DNA from: Gemmatimonadales bacterium
GTDB taxonomy: Bacteria; Gemmatimonadota; Gemmatimonadetes; Gemmatimonadales; GWC2-71-9
Length of the DNA: 64,000 nucleotides
Direction of reading: 5' to 3'
Assembly (NCBI GenBank): GCA_035491895.1
Contig: DATJJY010000084.1
Coordinates: 7,192 to 71,191 of the forward strand
A model generated the notes under the pieces. The model worked only from the letters and a program-made list of their open reading frames with translations, had not been told where the DNA came from and ran no database searches. A program made the position numbers and the translations under genes. Position 1 is the first letter of the stretch, and each line of letters begins with the position of its first letter. Shown here piece after piece: positions 27,851 to 36,098 of this stretch.

Positions 27851-27988
27851 GCCGGGAGTGGGGCGACGGACCGTTGGACGCGGGGGCGCTCGACCCGGAC
27901 CAACGTTTCGGGTCTCATTGCCGACTACGCGAGATAATGTCCAGGCCGTGCGGCCCCCGCGTCCTCGCGTCCTCGCCCCACTCCCGGC
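27851..27988. repeat. 138-bp nested inverted-repeat element (REP/MITE-like long hairpin)
   Basis: Perfect 16-bp terminal inverted repeat GCCGGGAGTGGGGCGA (27851-27866) / TCGCCCCACTCCCGGC (27973-27988). A second perfect 12-bp pair GGACGCGGGGGC (27876-27887) / GCCCCCGCGTCC (27953-27964). It lies between convergent genes. Confidence 0.65.
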
Positions 27989-28012
27989 GTCGCACTCCTT
28001 ACCGGAGCCTCC

Positions 28013-28390
28013 TCACCGACGCACCTCGTTCATTAGAGCGAGCACGTTCTTTTCACTGTCCCGGAAGAACGCGAGCCACAGCTCGTGATCGGGGAGCCGC
28101 GCCGCGACGTGCGGCGGCTCGTGAAACGTTACGCCCCGCTCCACCAGCGTGCGGTGCGCCGCCTGGATGTCGTCGACCCGGTAATAGAGGATCGACGCCG
28201 GGTGGTCGAACGCCGGGGCGGAGGGCAGCCCGAGCATCAGCCGCACCCCGGCACAGTCGAAGAACGCCATCCCCGGAACTTCGAACAGCAGCTGCATCCC
28301 CAGCGTGTCGCGATAAAACGCCACGGCGCGCGGCAGATCGTGCGCGTTGACCGCGATCTGCCCGATCCGACCCAGCGACAGCGTCCCCAT
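28013..28390 (-). CDS. VOC (glyoxalase/bleomycin-resistance/dioxygenase) family protein
   Basis: MGTLSLGRIGQIAVNAHDLPRAVAFYRDTLGMQLLFE...HELWLAFFRDSEKNVLALM. The start at 28390 is preferred, because the alternative (28417) lies inside the operator palindrome. Confidence 0.8.
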   Translation of the reverse strand: MGTLSLGRIGQIAVNAHDLPRAVAFYRDTLGMQLLFEVPGMAFFDCAGVRLMLGLPSAPAFDHPASILYYRVDDIQAAHRTLVERGVTFHEPPHVAARLPDHELWLAFFRDSEKNVLALMNEVRR

Positions 28391-28404
28391 ACGACCCTCG
28401 CTTG

Positions 28405-28429
28405 ATTTAGTTAGCATTGCTAACTAAAT
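28405..28429. promoter_or_regulatory. Candidate MarR operator (25-bp perfect palindrome)
   Basis: ATTTAGTTAGCA-T-TGCTAACTAAAT, in the 48-bp gap between the divergent VOC and MarR genes. Confidence 0.55.
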
Positions 28430-28438
28430 TGCTGGTCC

Positions 28439-28882
28439 ATGCCCGAGCGCGCAACCCCCCCGGCTCCGCCGACGCCCGTCGTGGTGGCCGATCGGCTTCA
28501 TTCGGCGGCGATCCACCTGCTGCGCGCGTTACGGCGCGAGGACGCCAAGCTGGGCGTCGGACCGGCCAAGCTGTCGGCGTTGTCGGTGCTGGTGTTCGGC
28601 GGCCCGCGCTCGATCGGGGCGCTGGCGCGGGCGGAGCAAGTGCGGCTGCCGACGATGAGCCGGCTGGTCGCCGCGCTGGAGCGCAACGGCCTCGCCACCC
28701 GAGTCCCCGATCCGACCGACGGCCGCGCCTCGCACGTGCACCCCACGGCGCTGGGACGCAGCGTGCTGCGGCGTGGGCGCGGCCGCCGCGTCCGCACCCT
28801 GGCGCGCCGCCTCGCGGCGCTGCCGGAGGCCGACCGCGCGCTGCTGGCGCGCGCGGCCGACTTGATCGCGGGGCTTACTTGA
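28439..28882 (+). CDS. MarR family transcriptional regulator
   Basis: ..LSALSVLVFGGPRSIGALARAEQVRLPTMSRLVAALERNGLATRVPDPTDGRASHVHPTALG.. is a winged-HTH MarR signature. Confidence 0.85.
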   Translation: MPERATPPAPPTPVVVADRLHSAAIHLLRALRREDAKLGVGPAKLSALSVLVFGGPRSIGALARAEQVRLPTMSRLVAALERNGLATRVPDPTDGRASHVHPTALGRSVLRRGRGRRVRTLARRLAALPEADRALLARAADLIAGLT

Positions 28883-30536
28883 GCGCGAAGCTCTTGCGGA
28901 CCGTGACCGCCCAGGGACCGCCGGCGAAGCGGTGATAGCGGTACGACACGGCGAACTCCGCCACGTCGCCCCGCACCGAGCGCGGTGACCCGAGCCGCAG
29001 GGCGACCCCGGCGTCGCCGCCCAGCCGCGCCGGCTCCAACCCGCCGTACCACGCGCCGCCGTATTCGATGTAGGGCGCGACCCCGACCCCGACGACGCCC
29101 CAGAGCTGGTCCGCCACGAAGATGCGGTCCTCGATCATGGCGTACACAAGACGCGTTCCGGTGAATGCGTGGGCTCCAAATCCGCGTGGGCCGTTCAGAG
29201 TGGACCAGGGGTCGAACGTCGTGCCGGGGCGCTGGCCCTGCATCGCCCCTCCCTCGACGTGCAGCAGCAGCGCCTGGCGCGACAACGCGAGGCTCGCGAC
29301 ATCGAGACTGGCGTGGGTCTGACCCGAGTCGAGGCCGGCTCGGCCATAGACGCCGTGCGCGGCGGCACGCGCCAGTACGAGACCCTTGGCCCAACGCGCG
29401 GCTACCTGGCCGCTGAGGGAGGGCCCGAGGCCCGCCCGGTCGCCGGCATATCCCCACGCGCGCGGTGCCGCCCACACGCCCACGGAAAGCGCCGAAGAAA
29501 GATCGACATCCTCTTGTCTCGCGAAGCCGTTGAGGTGCTGGTAGACGCCGAAGCGCACTCGAGCAGCATCGATCCCGACGCCGATCGTCCCGAACGCCGA
29601 GTAGGGGGCTCGGGTTTCCGGCGTGGTCTTGGGCACATAATCCTCGCGGCGCCACACGCCCCCGGCCCAGAGGCGGACGAAGCCGCGGGATGTCGCGTGC
29701 AGCGCGACGCCACCCAGCACGGCGAAGGCGAGTGCGTGGCGTACCGCGCTGTCGGCGACGACGCCGTCACGGAAGTCGAGGGTGCGTTGGTTCCCGGCTT
29801 CGCCGGAGGTCAGGAGGCTCCAGCGCGCATCGGTCCGATAGAACGGCAGGCCGTAACTCCAGGCGCCCGCGTCACCGTCGGAGAGATGGCTGTAGACGGC
29901 GACCAGCGGCGCATGCCGCGCGATGAGACCGGGGCTCGCGAACTGCAGGTCGAGTGAATGGCGGTCGGGATTGACGCCGTACGCGACACTCACGAGCGTC
30001 GCCGTGCCGAGGAAGTTGCGCTCCACCATGGCGGCGCTCCACGTGGTGGATCCGGCCGAAGACGAAAAATTCAGCTGCGGCGAGGTGCTCCAGCCGTCGG
30101 CCGTCTCGACTTTGAGCGCGAGGCGGTCGTCGATGCGCACGGTGTCGAGCCGCACGGAGCGAAACACGCCGAGCTCCCGCAGCGCGCGCTCGCTCTCCAC
30201 GAGACGGGCGGAATCGAGCGGGGATCCGGCGCCCACGAGGAGCAGCCGGCGGATCACCCCCGGATGCGTCGTGATGTGCAGCGCGTTCCCCAGCTTCGCG
30301 ACGACGCGCGGTGTCCCGTCCGGCGGATCGAACACGTTGTGCGACACGACGATCACGGTGTCGATCGTCGGGTCGGACCGATTCCCGGCCTGTGCCACGA
30401 GCGCCGACTCTCCGAGGACGCACAACAGCGCCACTCCCAGGACCGCGCGGGTGCTCCCGCATCGACCGCGGGTCAGCGCAGACCGTCGATCCGCTGGCGC
30501 AGCCGGTATGTAGCGTGTTTGGTCGAATCGTTCCAT
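28875..30536 (-). CDS. Omp85/BamA-family outer-membrane protein (POTRA + surface-antigen beta-barrel)
   Basis: POTRA-like ..IDTVIVVSHNVFD...LLLVGAGSPLDSARLVESERALRELGVFRSVRLDTVRIDDRLALKVETADGWS. C-terminal barrel ending ..VRGDVAEFAVSYRYHRFAGGPWAVTVRKSFALK. Exact start is uncertain. Confidence 0.7.
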   Translation of the reverse strand: MERFDQTRYIPAAPADRRSALTRGRCGSTRAVLGVALLCVLGESALVAQAGNRSDPTIDTVIVVSHNVFDPPDGTPRVVAKLGNALHITTHPGVIRRLLLVGAGSPLDSARLVESERALRELGVFRSVRLDTVRIDDRLALKVETADGWSTSPQLNFSSSAGSTTWSAAMVERNFLGTATLVSVAYGVNPDRHSLDLQFASPGLIARHAPLVAVYSHLSDGDAGAWSYGLPFYRTDARWSLLTSGEAGNQRTLDFRDGVVADSAVRHALAFAVLGGVALHATSRGFVRLWAGGVWRREDYVPKTTPETRAPYSAFGTIGVGIDAARVRFGVYQHLNGFARQEDVDLSSALSVGVWAAPRAWGYAGDRAGLGPSLSGQVAARWAKGLVLARAAAHGVYGRAGLDSGQTHASLDVASLALSRQALLLHVEGGAMQGQRPGTTFDPWSTLNGPRGFGAHAFTGTRLVYAMIEDRIFVADQLWGVVGVGVAPYIEYGGAWYGGLEPARLGGDAGVALRLGSPRSVRGDVAEFAVSYRYHRFAGGPWAVTVRKSFALK

Positions 30537-31027
30537 TCAGTGAAGAATAGCGTGGCGTCGACCCGCCCGACGATCTGCGCCATCCCGCGCTGGATGATCG
30601 TGAACGTGCCGCGCACCGAGTCGGGGCGCAGGGGACTGCACAGGCAGCTCACCGTGCCGTACGCCGGGATGCGGGCCGGCGGCGGCCCGAGGGTGTAGGC
30701 GGTGCCCCGCTCGAGAATGCGGATGTTCCCCAGATCGAGCCCGAAGTGCAGCGAGTACTCGTCGCCGAGACTGCTCTGGTCCGGATTGAAGTCGTAGCGG
30801 GCGAGGAGGAGGTGGTGCCCGCCACGGGTGGAATCGAGCGGCTCGCTCTTCAGCCGGACGAGCGTGAGAGTCGGATCAGTATCGACGACGAGGCGAGCAC
30901 TGGTCAACCATTGGGCTTGTTGTTGGTCGCCTTCCGTATCTCCACGCTCCGGAAAGAATCCACAACCCGAAAACGCCAAGAGAGACGACGTCGAGAGGAA
31001 CAACGCGAACTCGATCGTCTCGAACAT
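30473..31027 (-). CDS. Hypothetical lipoprotein
   Basis: MFETIEFALFLSTSSLLAFSGC lipobox. No recognised domain. Overlaps the annotated start of the downstream Omp85-like gene. Confidence 0.55.
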   Translation of the reverse strand: MFETIEFALFLSTSSLLAFSGCGFFPERGDTEGDQQQAQWLTSARLVVDTDPTLTLVRLKSEPLDSTRGGHHLLLARYDFNPDQSSLGDEYSLHFGLDLGNIRILERGTAYTLGPPPARIPAYGTVSCLCSPLRPDSVRGTFTIIQRGMAQIVGRVDATLFFTEWNDSTKHATYRLRQRIDGLR

Positions 31028-31128
31028 TGCAGCAGCATGCGGTCGAGGCACGCGATTAAGCTAATCACCCGTCTTCACGAGAACCCGCCGCTGCTTCCTC
31101 TATTACGTACGCGGCACGGGAGCAGGAG

Positions 31129-31153
31129 CGTGGGCCGCGCGTGGCGGCCCACG
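31129..31153 (-). terminator. GC-rich hairpin after the porin gene (possible terminator, no U tract)
   Basis: CGTGGGCCGC-GCGTG-GCGGCCCACG gives a 10-bp stem, 17 nt downstream of the porin stop on the minus strand. Confidence 0.35.
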
Positions 31154-31169
31154 ACGTCCCTTCCCTGCA

Positions 31170-32363
31170 TCAGTAGAGGTACGCCACGCCGAGCGCGACG
31201 GTGACCTGATCCCTCTTGCGGTCGAAGGCCGGCAACGTCGAACGATCGTACCGCACTTCGGGCCGGACGACCGCACCCGGCCAGAAGCGGAGGTTCAGGG
31301 TCGCGGTGGCGCTCCCGAACTTCTGCCCGACGTTCGGCGGGAAGCCGATCCCCGCTCCGTTGATCGTGCTGCGCGCGCCGTTCTCGTCGTTCACGTAGTC
31401 ACCCCGCAACGCGAGACCGACGGTCGAGCCGAAGTCATAGGTGACCCAGCCCCCCAAGGCCCACCACTTGGCGTCCTCGGTCGGATCGGGCAGGGCCGCA
31501 TTCGCCTGCTCTTGCCCGTAGTCTCCCTGAACCCACACCGCCGCCTGGCCGAGCTTGCGCCACACCAGGCCCTCGATGCCGTAGCGGCTCGCGTGGTTGT
31601 TCCCGGTCTCCTCGGGACCCCAGAACCCCACGATACCGATTGACGTGGCCGCGTTGGGATAGATGCCGAGGCGCCCCATCAGCGACTTGTGCGTGTTGTT
31701 ATCGGCAACCTGATCCCACCCGTTGATCACACGAAACTGGGCGTCGACGTGGTCGTTGAACTTCGTCTCGACGCTCATCCCTGTCCCCGTGAAGTTCTCG
31801 ACATAGACGAATTGATTCCCTTCCGACCAGTTGGGATTGGCATACGTCTCGAGCACTTCGAGCCCCATGAGCGTCGGGATCCGGCCGATCTTGAACTGCA
31901 GCCCATTTCCGCTGGCGGTCGGGACGTTCAAGGTCAGGTAGAAGTGCGGAATGTCGCCCTGGGGTCCGAGGCTGAGGCCGTTCGACTGAATGACGGACGC
32001 GTCCTCCCCGACCAGGACCTCGGTGTGGAATCCGGCGCTGAACTTCGCCGGTTCGTAGGGCTTGTCGAGCACGACCGAGAGCGCGTTGAGGGTGAAGCGG
32101 TTCTGCAGCCGGTCGTACAGCCGGCCGACGATCGCCGTGTCCCCGACGCTCCGGCCCGAGTACGCGTACGAGCCTTCCGCGAACCCGGTCAGCTTGAACC
32201 CGGCTACCGTGGTTTCCAAGTGGTTCACAGGGGGCGGCGGGGGATCGGCCTTCTTGGTCGAGTCGACCGGCGCCGAAGACGAACCCTGAGCGCCGAGCGT
32301 TCCGGGCGCCATGAGGGTCGCGCCAAGCAGCGCGAACACGAGGCGACGCTGGTTGCCACGCAT
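31170..32363 (-). CDS. Outer-membrane beta-barrel porin (amt-cluster-associated)
   Basis: Signal peptide MRGNQRRLVFALLGATLMAPGTLGAQG, alternating beta-strand pattern, and a C-terminal ..VTVALGVAYLY aromatic terminus. Lies directly downstream of glnK-amtB. Confidence 0.7.
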   Translation of the reverse strand: MRGNQRRLVFALLGATLMAPGTLGAQGSSSAPVDSTKKADPPPPPVNHLETTVAGFKLTGFAEGSYAYSGRSVGDTAIVGRLYDRLQNRFTLNALSVVLDKPYEPAKFSAGFHTEVLVGEDASVIQSNGLSLGPQGDIPHFYLTLNVPTASGNGLQFKIGRIPTLMGLEVLETYANPNWSEGNQFVYVENFTGTGMSVETKFNDHVDAQFRVINGWDQVADNNTHKSLMGRLGIYPNAATSIGIVGFWGPEETGNNHASRYGIEGLVWRKLGQAAVWVQGDYGQEQANAALPDPTEDAKWWALGGWVTYDFGSTVGLALRGDYVNDENGARSTINGAGIGFPPNVGQKFGSATATLNLRFWPGAVVRPEVRYDRSTLPAFDRKRDQVTVALGVAYLY

Positions 32364-32379
32364 GGATGCTCCTTGATAG

Positions 32380-32772
32380 TTAGGGCTGGTCCTCACCCAG
32401 AGCCCGGCGCTGCACCTGGTCCGCCGTAACGGCAGTGACGGCGGCGGTGTCGACCTCGCCGGTCCTGATCCGGATCACGCGCTCCAAGGGCTGCACGAAA
32501 ATCTTGCCGTCACCGACCTGACCGGTGCGTGCGGACGACAGGATCGCCTTGATGGTCGGCTCGACGAACGGCTCCGAGCACGCCATCTCGAGCCGCACCT
32601 TCTCGCGGAACTCGAGCACCACGGTGCGGCCGCGATAATGCTCCTGCAGCTCCCGCTCGCCTCCATGCCCGCTCACGCGGCTGATGGTGATGCCGGTGAT
32701 CCCGGCGCGGAACAGCGCGGCCTTGACCTGCGGCAGCCGCTCGGGGCGCACCACGGCGGTGATGAGTTTCAT
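32380..32772 (-). CDS. glnK: PII nitrogen-regulatory protein (GlnK-type, with C-terminal extension)
   Basis: MKLITAVVRPERLPQVKAALFRAGITGITISRVSGHGGE...TGQVGDGKIFVQPLERVIRIRTGE. 130 aa, against about 112 aa for canonical PII. Confidence 0.9.
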   Translation of the reverse strand: MKLITAVVRPERLPQVKAALFRAGITGITISRVSGHGGERELQEHYRGRTVVLEFREKVRLEMACSEPFVEPTIKAILSSARTGQVGDGKIFVQPLERVIRIRTGEVDTAAVTAVTADQVQRRALGEDQP

Positions 32773-32787
32773 GACATTCCTCCGAGG

Positions 32788-34356
32788 TCAGATGGCTTCG
32801 GGTTCGGGTTCGAGGTGCGCCGCGCCCAGGTGCGGCGCCGATTCGCTGAGAATGACCGCGGACGCGACTTCGGGGGTGTCGGGGTAGGCGAGCGCGCCCA
32901 CCTCTGGCAGATCGAGCCCGAGCTCCTCCACCTCGGCAGACACGCGGTGCCCTCCGACCAGCACCTCGGTGAGCTTGTAGGCGCCGTACGCCATCGCACC
33001 GACGGCCACGAAATTCGTGACCCCGCCGATCAGCTGAGCCACGAACTGGCTCGGATCGCCGTAGAACAACCCGCGCACGCCCCCGGGCACGCCGTTCCAG
33101 CCGTCGCCGTACGTGCCGTCGGCGAGCAGGCCGAGGGACAGGATTCCCCAAAGCCCGTTTACTCCGTGCACTGAGATCGCGCCCACTGGATCGTCGATGC
33201 GGAGCTTCCCGTCGATGAAGAACACCGCGATACACACCAGGACACCCGCCACCCCGCCGATCAGTACGGCCGAAGGTGCGGTAACGAAGGCGCACGGCGC
33301 GGTAATCGCGACCAGTCCCGCGAGCGCCCCGTTCGCCATCATGGACGGATCCGGCTTGCCGTACTTGACCCACAGGTAGATCATCGCGCCGACGCTTCCA
33401 GCCGCACCGGCCAGCATGGTGTTAGTGGCGATCACCCCGATGCGCAGATCCGACCCCGCGAGTGTCGAGCCGGAGTTGAATCCGAACCACCCGAAGCACA
33501 GGATGAACGTGCCCACGAGCGCCATGGGGATGTTGTGGCCCGGGATCGCATTCGGGGTGCCGTCCGCGCTGTACTTGCCACGCCGCGGTCCGATGAGCGC
33601 AGCCCCCACGAGCGCGATCACGCCACCGGTCATGTGCACTACAGACGAGCCCGCGAAATCCACGTGCCCGTGCCCGAGACCGAGGTTGGTCCCCAGCTGC
33701 GACAGCCAACCACCGCCCCACGTCCAGTTCGCGAACAGCGGGTAGATGACGGCGCCGATGAACACGCTGAACACCACGAACGCCGAGAACTTCCATCGCT
33801 CGGCCATCGCCCCTGTCGGAATCGTGGCCGCGGTGTCCATGAAGACCATCTGAAACAGGAAGTACGTGAACACGGGCGCGGCGTAGGCCACCCCCGTCAG
33901 GAAAAAACCGGTTGTACCGAACAGGCCCCAGGTGTGGCCGCCGATACCGACCGTCAGCTCGTGGCTCAACTTGTCGAAGCCGCCCAGCGTCGCCATCGGG
34001 CCCAGCCCGCCGGCTTGCAGCGCGAACCCGACCGCCCAGTAGGCGAGCATGCCGATGCCGTACACCATGAAGTTCATCGCGAACGTGTGAGCGGCATTCT
34101 TCGCGCGCGTGAAGCCGGTCTCGACCATCGCGAAGCCGGCCTGCATGAACATCACGAGGAAGCCGGTGATGAGCGTCCACACGAAGTTGATCGCGACCGT
34201 GTTCGCCGCGGCGGCGGTGCTCGCCGCCGTGACCAGCGAGTCCGTGGCCAGCGCTGCGGGCGCCGTCGGCACACCCTGCGCGACGAGGGTGAGCGGGCCC
34301 GCCAGAGTCAGCAGCAAGCCGAGACCAACTGATCGGCTGAAACCGGGTCGCGTCAT
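32788..34356 (-). CDS. amtB: Ammonium transporter AmtB (with signal peptide and C-terminal extension)
   Basis: Start MTRPGFSRSVGLGLLLTLAG (ATG 34356). FVMFMQAGFAMVETG, DFAGSSVVHMTGG, FGWFGFNSGS, ISVHGVNGLWG are Amt family signatures. Confidence 0.9.
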   Translation of the reverse strand: MTRPGFSRSVGLGLLLTLAGPLTLVAQGVPTAPAALATDSLVTAASTAAAANTVAINFVWTLITGFLVMFMQAGFAMVETGFTRAKNAAHTFAMNFMVYGIGMLAYWAVGFALQAGGLGPMATLGGFDKLSHELTVGIGGHTWGLFGTTGFFLTGVAYAAPVFTYFLFQMVFMDTAATIPTGAMAERWKFSAFVVFSVFIGAVIYPLFANWTWGGGWLSQLGTNLGLGHGHVDFAGSSVVHMTGGVIALVGAALIGPRRGKYSADGTPNAIPGHNIPMALVGTFILCFGWFGFNSGSTLAGSDLRIGVIATNTMLAGAAGSVGAMIYLWVKYGKPDPSMMANGALAGLVAITAPCAFVTAPSAVLIGGVAGVLVCIAVFFIDGKLRIDDPVGAISVHGVNGLWGILSLGLLADGTYGDGWNGVPGGVRGLFYGDPSQFVAQLIGGVTNFVAVGAMAYGAYKLTEVLVGGHRVSAEVEELGLDLPEVGALAYPDTPEVASAVILSESAPHLGAAHLEPEPEAI

Positions 34357-34398
34357 GTGGTCTCCACAGGTTGAGGTGGAACATCTGTCTTCCATTTC

Positions 34399-34486
34399 GT
34401 GCATAAAATGCAGAGAAGATTCGACAGTTCGCAAGATCTATCAGTAATTTCTGCCGACTGATAGGCATCTTGTGCGTAAATTGCAC
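34399..34486. promoter_or_regulatory. Low-GC regulatory region upstream of amtB with two copies of a 15-bp palindromic motif
   Basis: GTGCATAAAATGCAG (34399-34413) and GTGCGTAAATTGCAC (34472-34486), with centres 73 bp apart. A perfect 8-bp inverted repeat CTATCAGT-N11-ACTGATAG (34438-34464) lies between them. Confidence 0.4.
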
Positions 34487-34649
34487 ATTTGATGTTACGA
34501 GACGTAGCTGGCGTGTCGCTATCTTATCACTGACAGGATAGTGCTGCTAGTCAGCCGCGATGCCCGCATCGCGTTGTTTGCTTCTCGCTCTGGACGCCGC
34601 TGAGGGACTGCTGAAGGCAGGACCGTCCTACGCTGCTTCCGTTACGCTC

Positions 34650-35993
34650 TCAGTATCGACCCAAGTACCTGTTCAACTCCCACTCGCTCACCTGCCCGAT
34701 GTACTCGTTCCACTCTTCCCGTTTCGCCTCGACGAACCGCTCGTAGATGTGCTGCCCCAACGCCGCCTGGATCACGGGCGACTTTTCCAGATACTCCAGC
34801 GCCTCGTGCAGGTCACGCGGCAGGTCGTCGATGCGGTAGCGACGGCGCTCGCGGAAACTCATCTCGAAGATGTTCTTGTTGACCGGCTCCGACGGGACGA
34901 GCCGGCGCTCCAACCCGTCGAGCCCCGCGGCCAGCTGCACCGCGAGGGCCAGGTACGGATTAGCCGAGGGATCCGGCAGGCGCAACTCGCACCGGGTGCC
35001 GGTGCCTCGCTTGTCGGGAATGCGCACCAGCGGTGAGCGGTTGCGCATCGACCAGACCACGTTCACCGGCGCCTCGTACCCCGGTACCAGGCGCTTGTAG
35101 CTGTTGACGAGGGGATTTGTGACCGCGCAATAGCCGCGCCCGTGCTTGAGCAGACCCGCGATGTACGCCAGCGCGACGTCGGACAGCCCCCATTTTCCCT
35201 TCGGGTCGTGAAACGCGTTCTTGCCGTTGGCGAACAGCGATTGGCTCGTATGCATCCCCGAGCCGTTCCGTCCGAAGATCGGTTTCGGCATGAACGTCGC
35301 CAGGAAGCCGTGCCGAAACGCCACCTCACGCACCACGAACCGGAACGTGGCCAGGTTGTCGGCGGTCTCGAGCGCCGCGGCGTAGCGGAAATCGATCTCG
35401 TGCTGTCCCGGCGCCACCTCATGATGCCCCGCTTCCACCTCGAACCCCATGGAAACGAGATCCTTGATGATCAGCCGCCGGATCTCCTCGGCGCGATCCA
35501 CCGGTGTAAGGTCGAAATACCCCCCCTCGTCGTGCGTCTCCACCGTCGCCTGGCCCCGCGCGTCGAGCTGGAAGATGAAGAACTCCGCCTCCACCCCGGC
35601 CATCAGCTCGTAGCCCATCTGCCGCGCCCGGGCGATCTGGCGCTTCAGTGCCGCACGCGTGCACCCGGCGAAGGCCGAGCCGTCGGGATTGTAGATGTCG
35701 CAGATCACGCGGGCGACCTTCCCACCCTCGTCCTCGTACGGCAGGATGCGGAAGGTGTCGAGGTCGGGCTTCAACACCATGTCCGACTCCTCGATGCGCA
35801 CGAACCCCTCGATCGAGCTGCCGTCGAACATGATGTCGCCGTCGAGCGCCTTCTCGAACTGGCTGGCCGGAACCTCGACGTTCTTGTTGATCCCGAGGAT
35901 GTCGGTGAACTGCAACCGCAGGAACGCGACGCCCTGCTCCTTGGCGAGGGCCAGGATGTCGCGTTTAGTGGAAGCGTGGGGCTTGGCGGTCAT
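34650..35993 (-). CDS. glnA: Glutamine synthetase, type I-alpha-like (short form)
   Basis: ..FLRLQFTDILGINKNVEV..FDGSSIEGF..EAEFFIF..GSGMHTSQSL..NSYKRLVPGYEAPV..SMRNRSPLVRIP. About 447 aa. ATG at 35993; the track start at 35999 is a TTG. Confidence 0.9.
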   Translation of the reverse strand: MTAKPHASTKRDILALAKEQGVAFLRLQFTDILGINKNVEVPASQFEKALDGDIMFDGSSIEGFVRIEESDMVLKPDLDTFRILPYEDEGGKVARVICDIYNPDGSAFAGCTRAALKRQIARARQMGYELMAGVEAEFFIFQLDARGQATVETHDEGGYFDLTPVDRAEEIRRLIIKDLVSMGFEVEAGHHEVAPGQHEIDFRYAAALETADNLATFRFVVREVAFRHGFLATFMPKPIFGRNGSGMHTSQSLFANGKNAFHDPKGKWGLSDVALAYIAGLLKHGRGYCAVTNPLVNSYKRLVPGYEAPVNVVWSMRNRSPLVRIPDKRGTGTRCELRLPDPSANPYLALAVQLAAGLDGLERRLVPSEPVNKNIFEMSFRERRRYRIDDLPRDLHEALEYLEKSPVIQAALGQHIYERFVEAKREEWNEYIGQVSEWELNRYLGRY

Positions 35994-36000
35994 GGGCAAT

Positions 36001-36091
36001 GACGGTAGGAGACGGTAGGAGACGGTAGGGGATGGTAGGGGTGAAGGCCATTCCCCTACCGTCTCCTACCGTCTCTTACCGTCTCCTACCG
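36001..36091. repeat. Palindrome built from tandem decamers (39-nt arms) between the two glnA genes
   Basis: GACGGTAGGA GACGGTAGGA GACGGTAGGG GATGGTAGGGG - 11-nt centre - CCCCTACC GTCTCCTACC GTCTCTTACC GTCTCCTACCG. Arms 36003-36041 and 36053-36091 are complementary with 3 mismatches. Confidence 0.85.
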
Positions 36092-36098
36092 ACCGTAG

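Noticed and set aside
36001-36091. CRISPR array, suggested by tandem short repeats.
   Set aside because: The repeat unit is only 10 nt with no spacers, the two halves are reverse complements of each other, and no cas genes are present.
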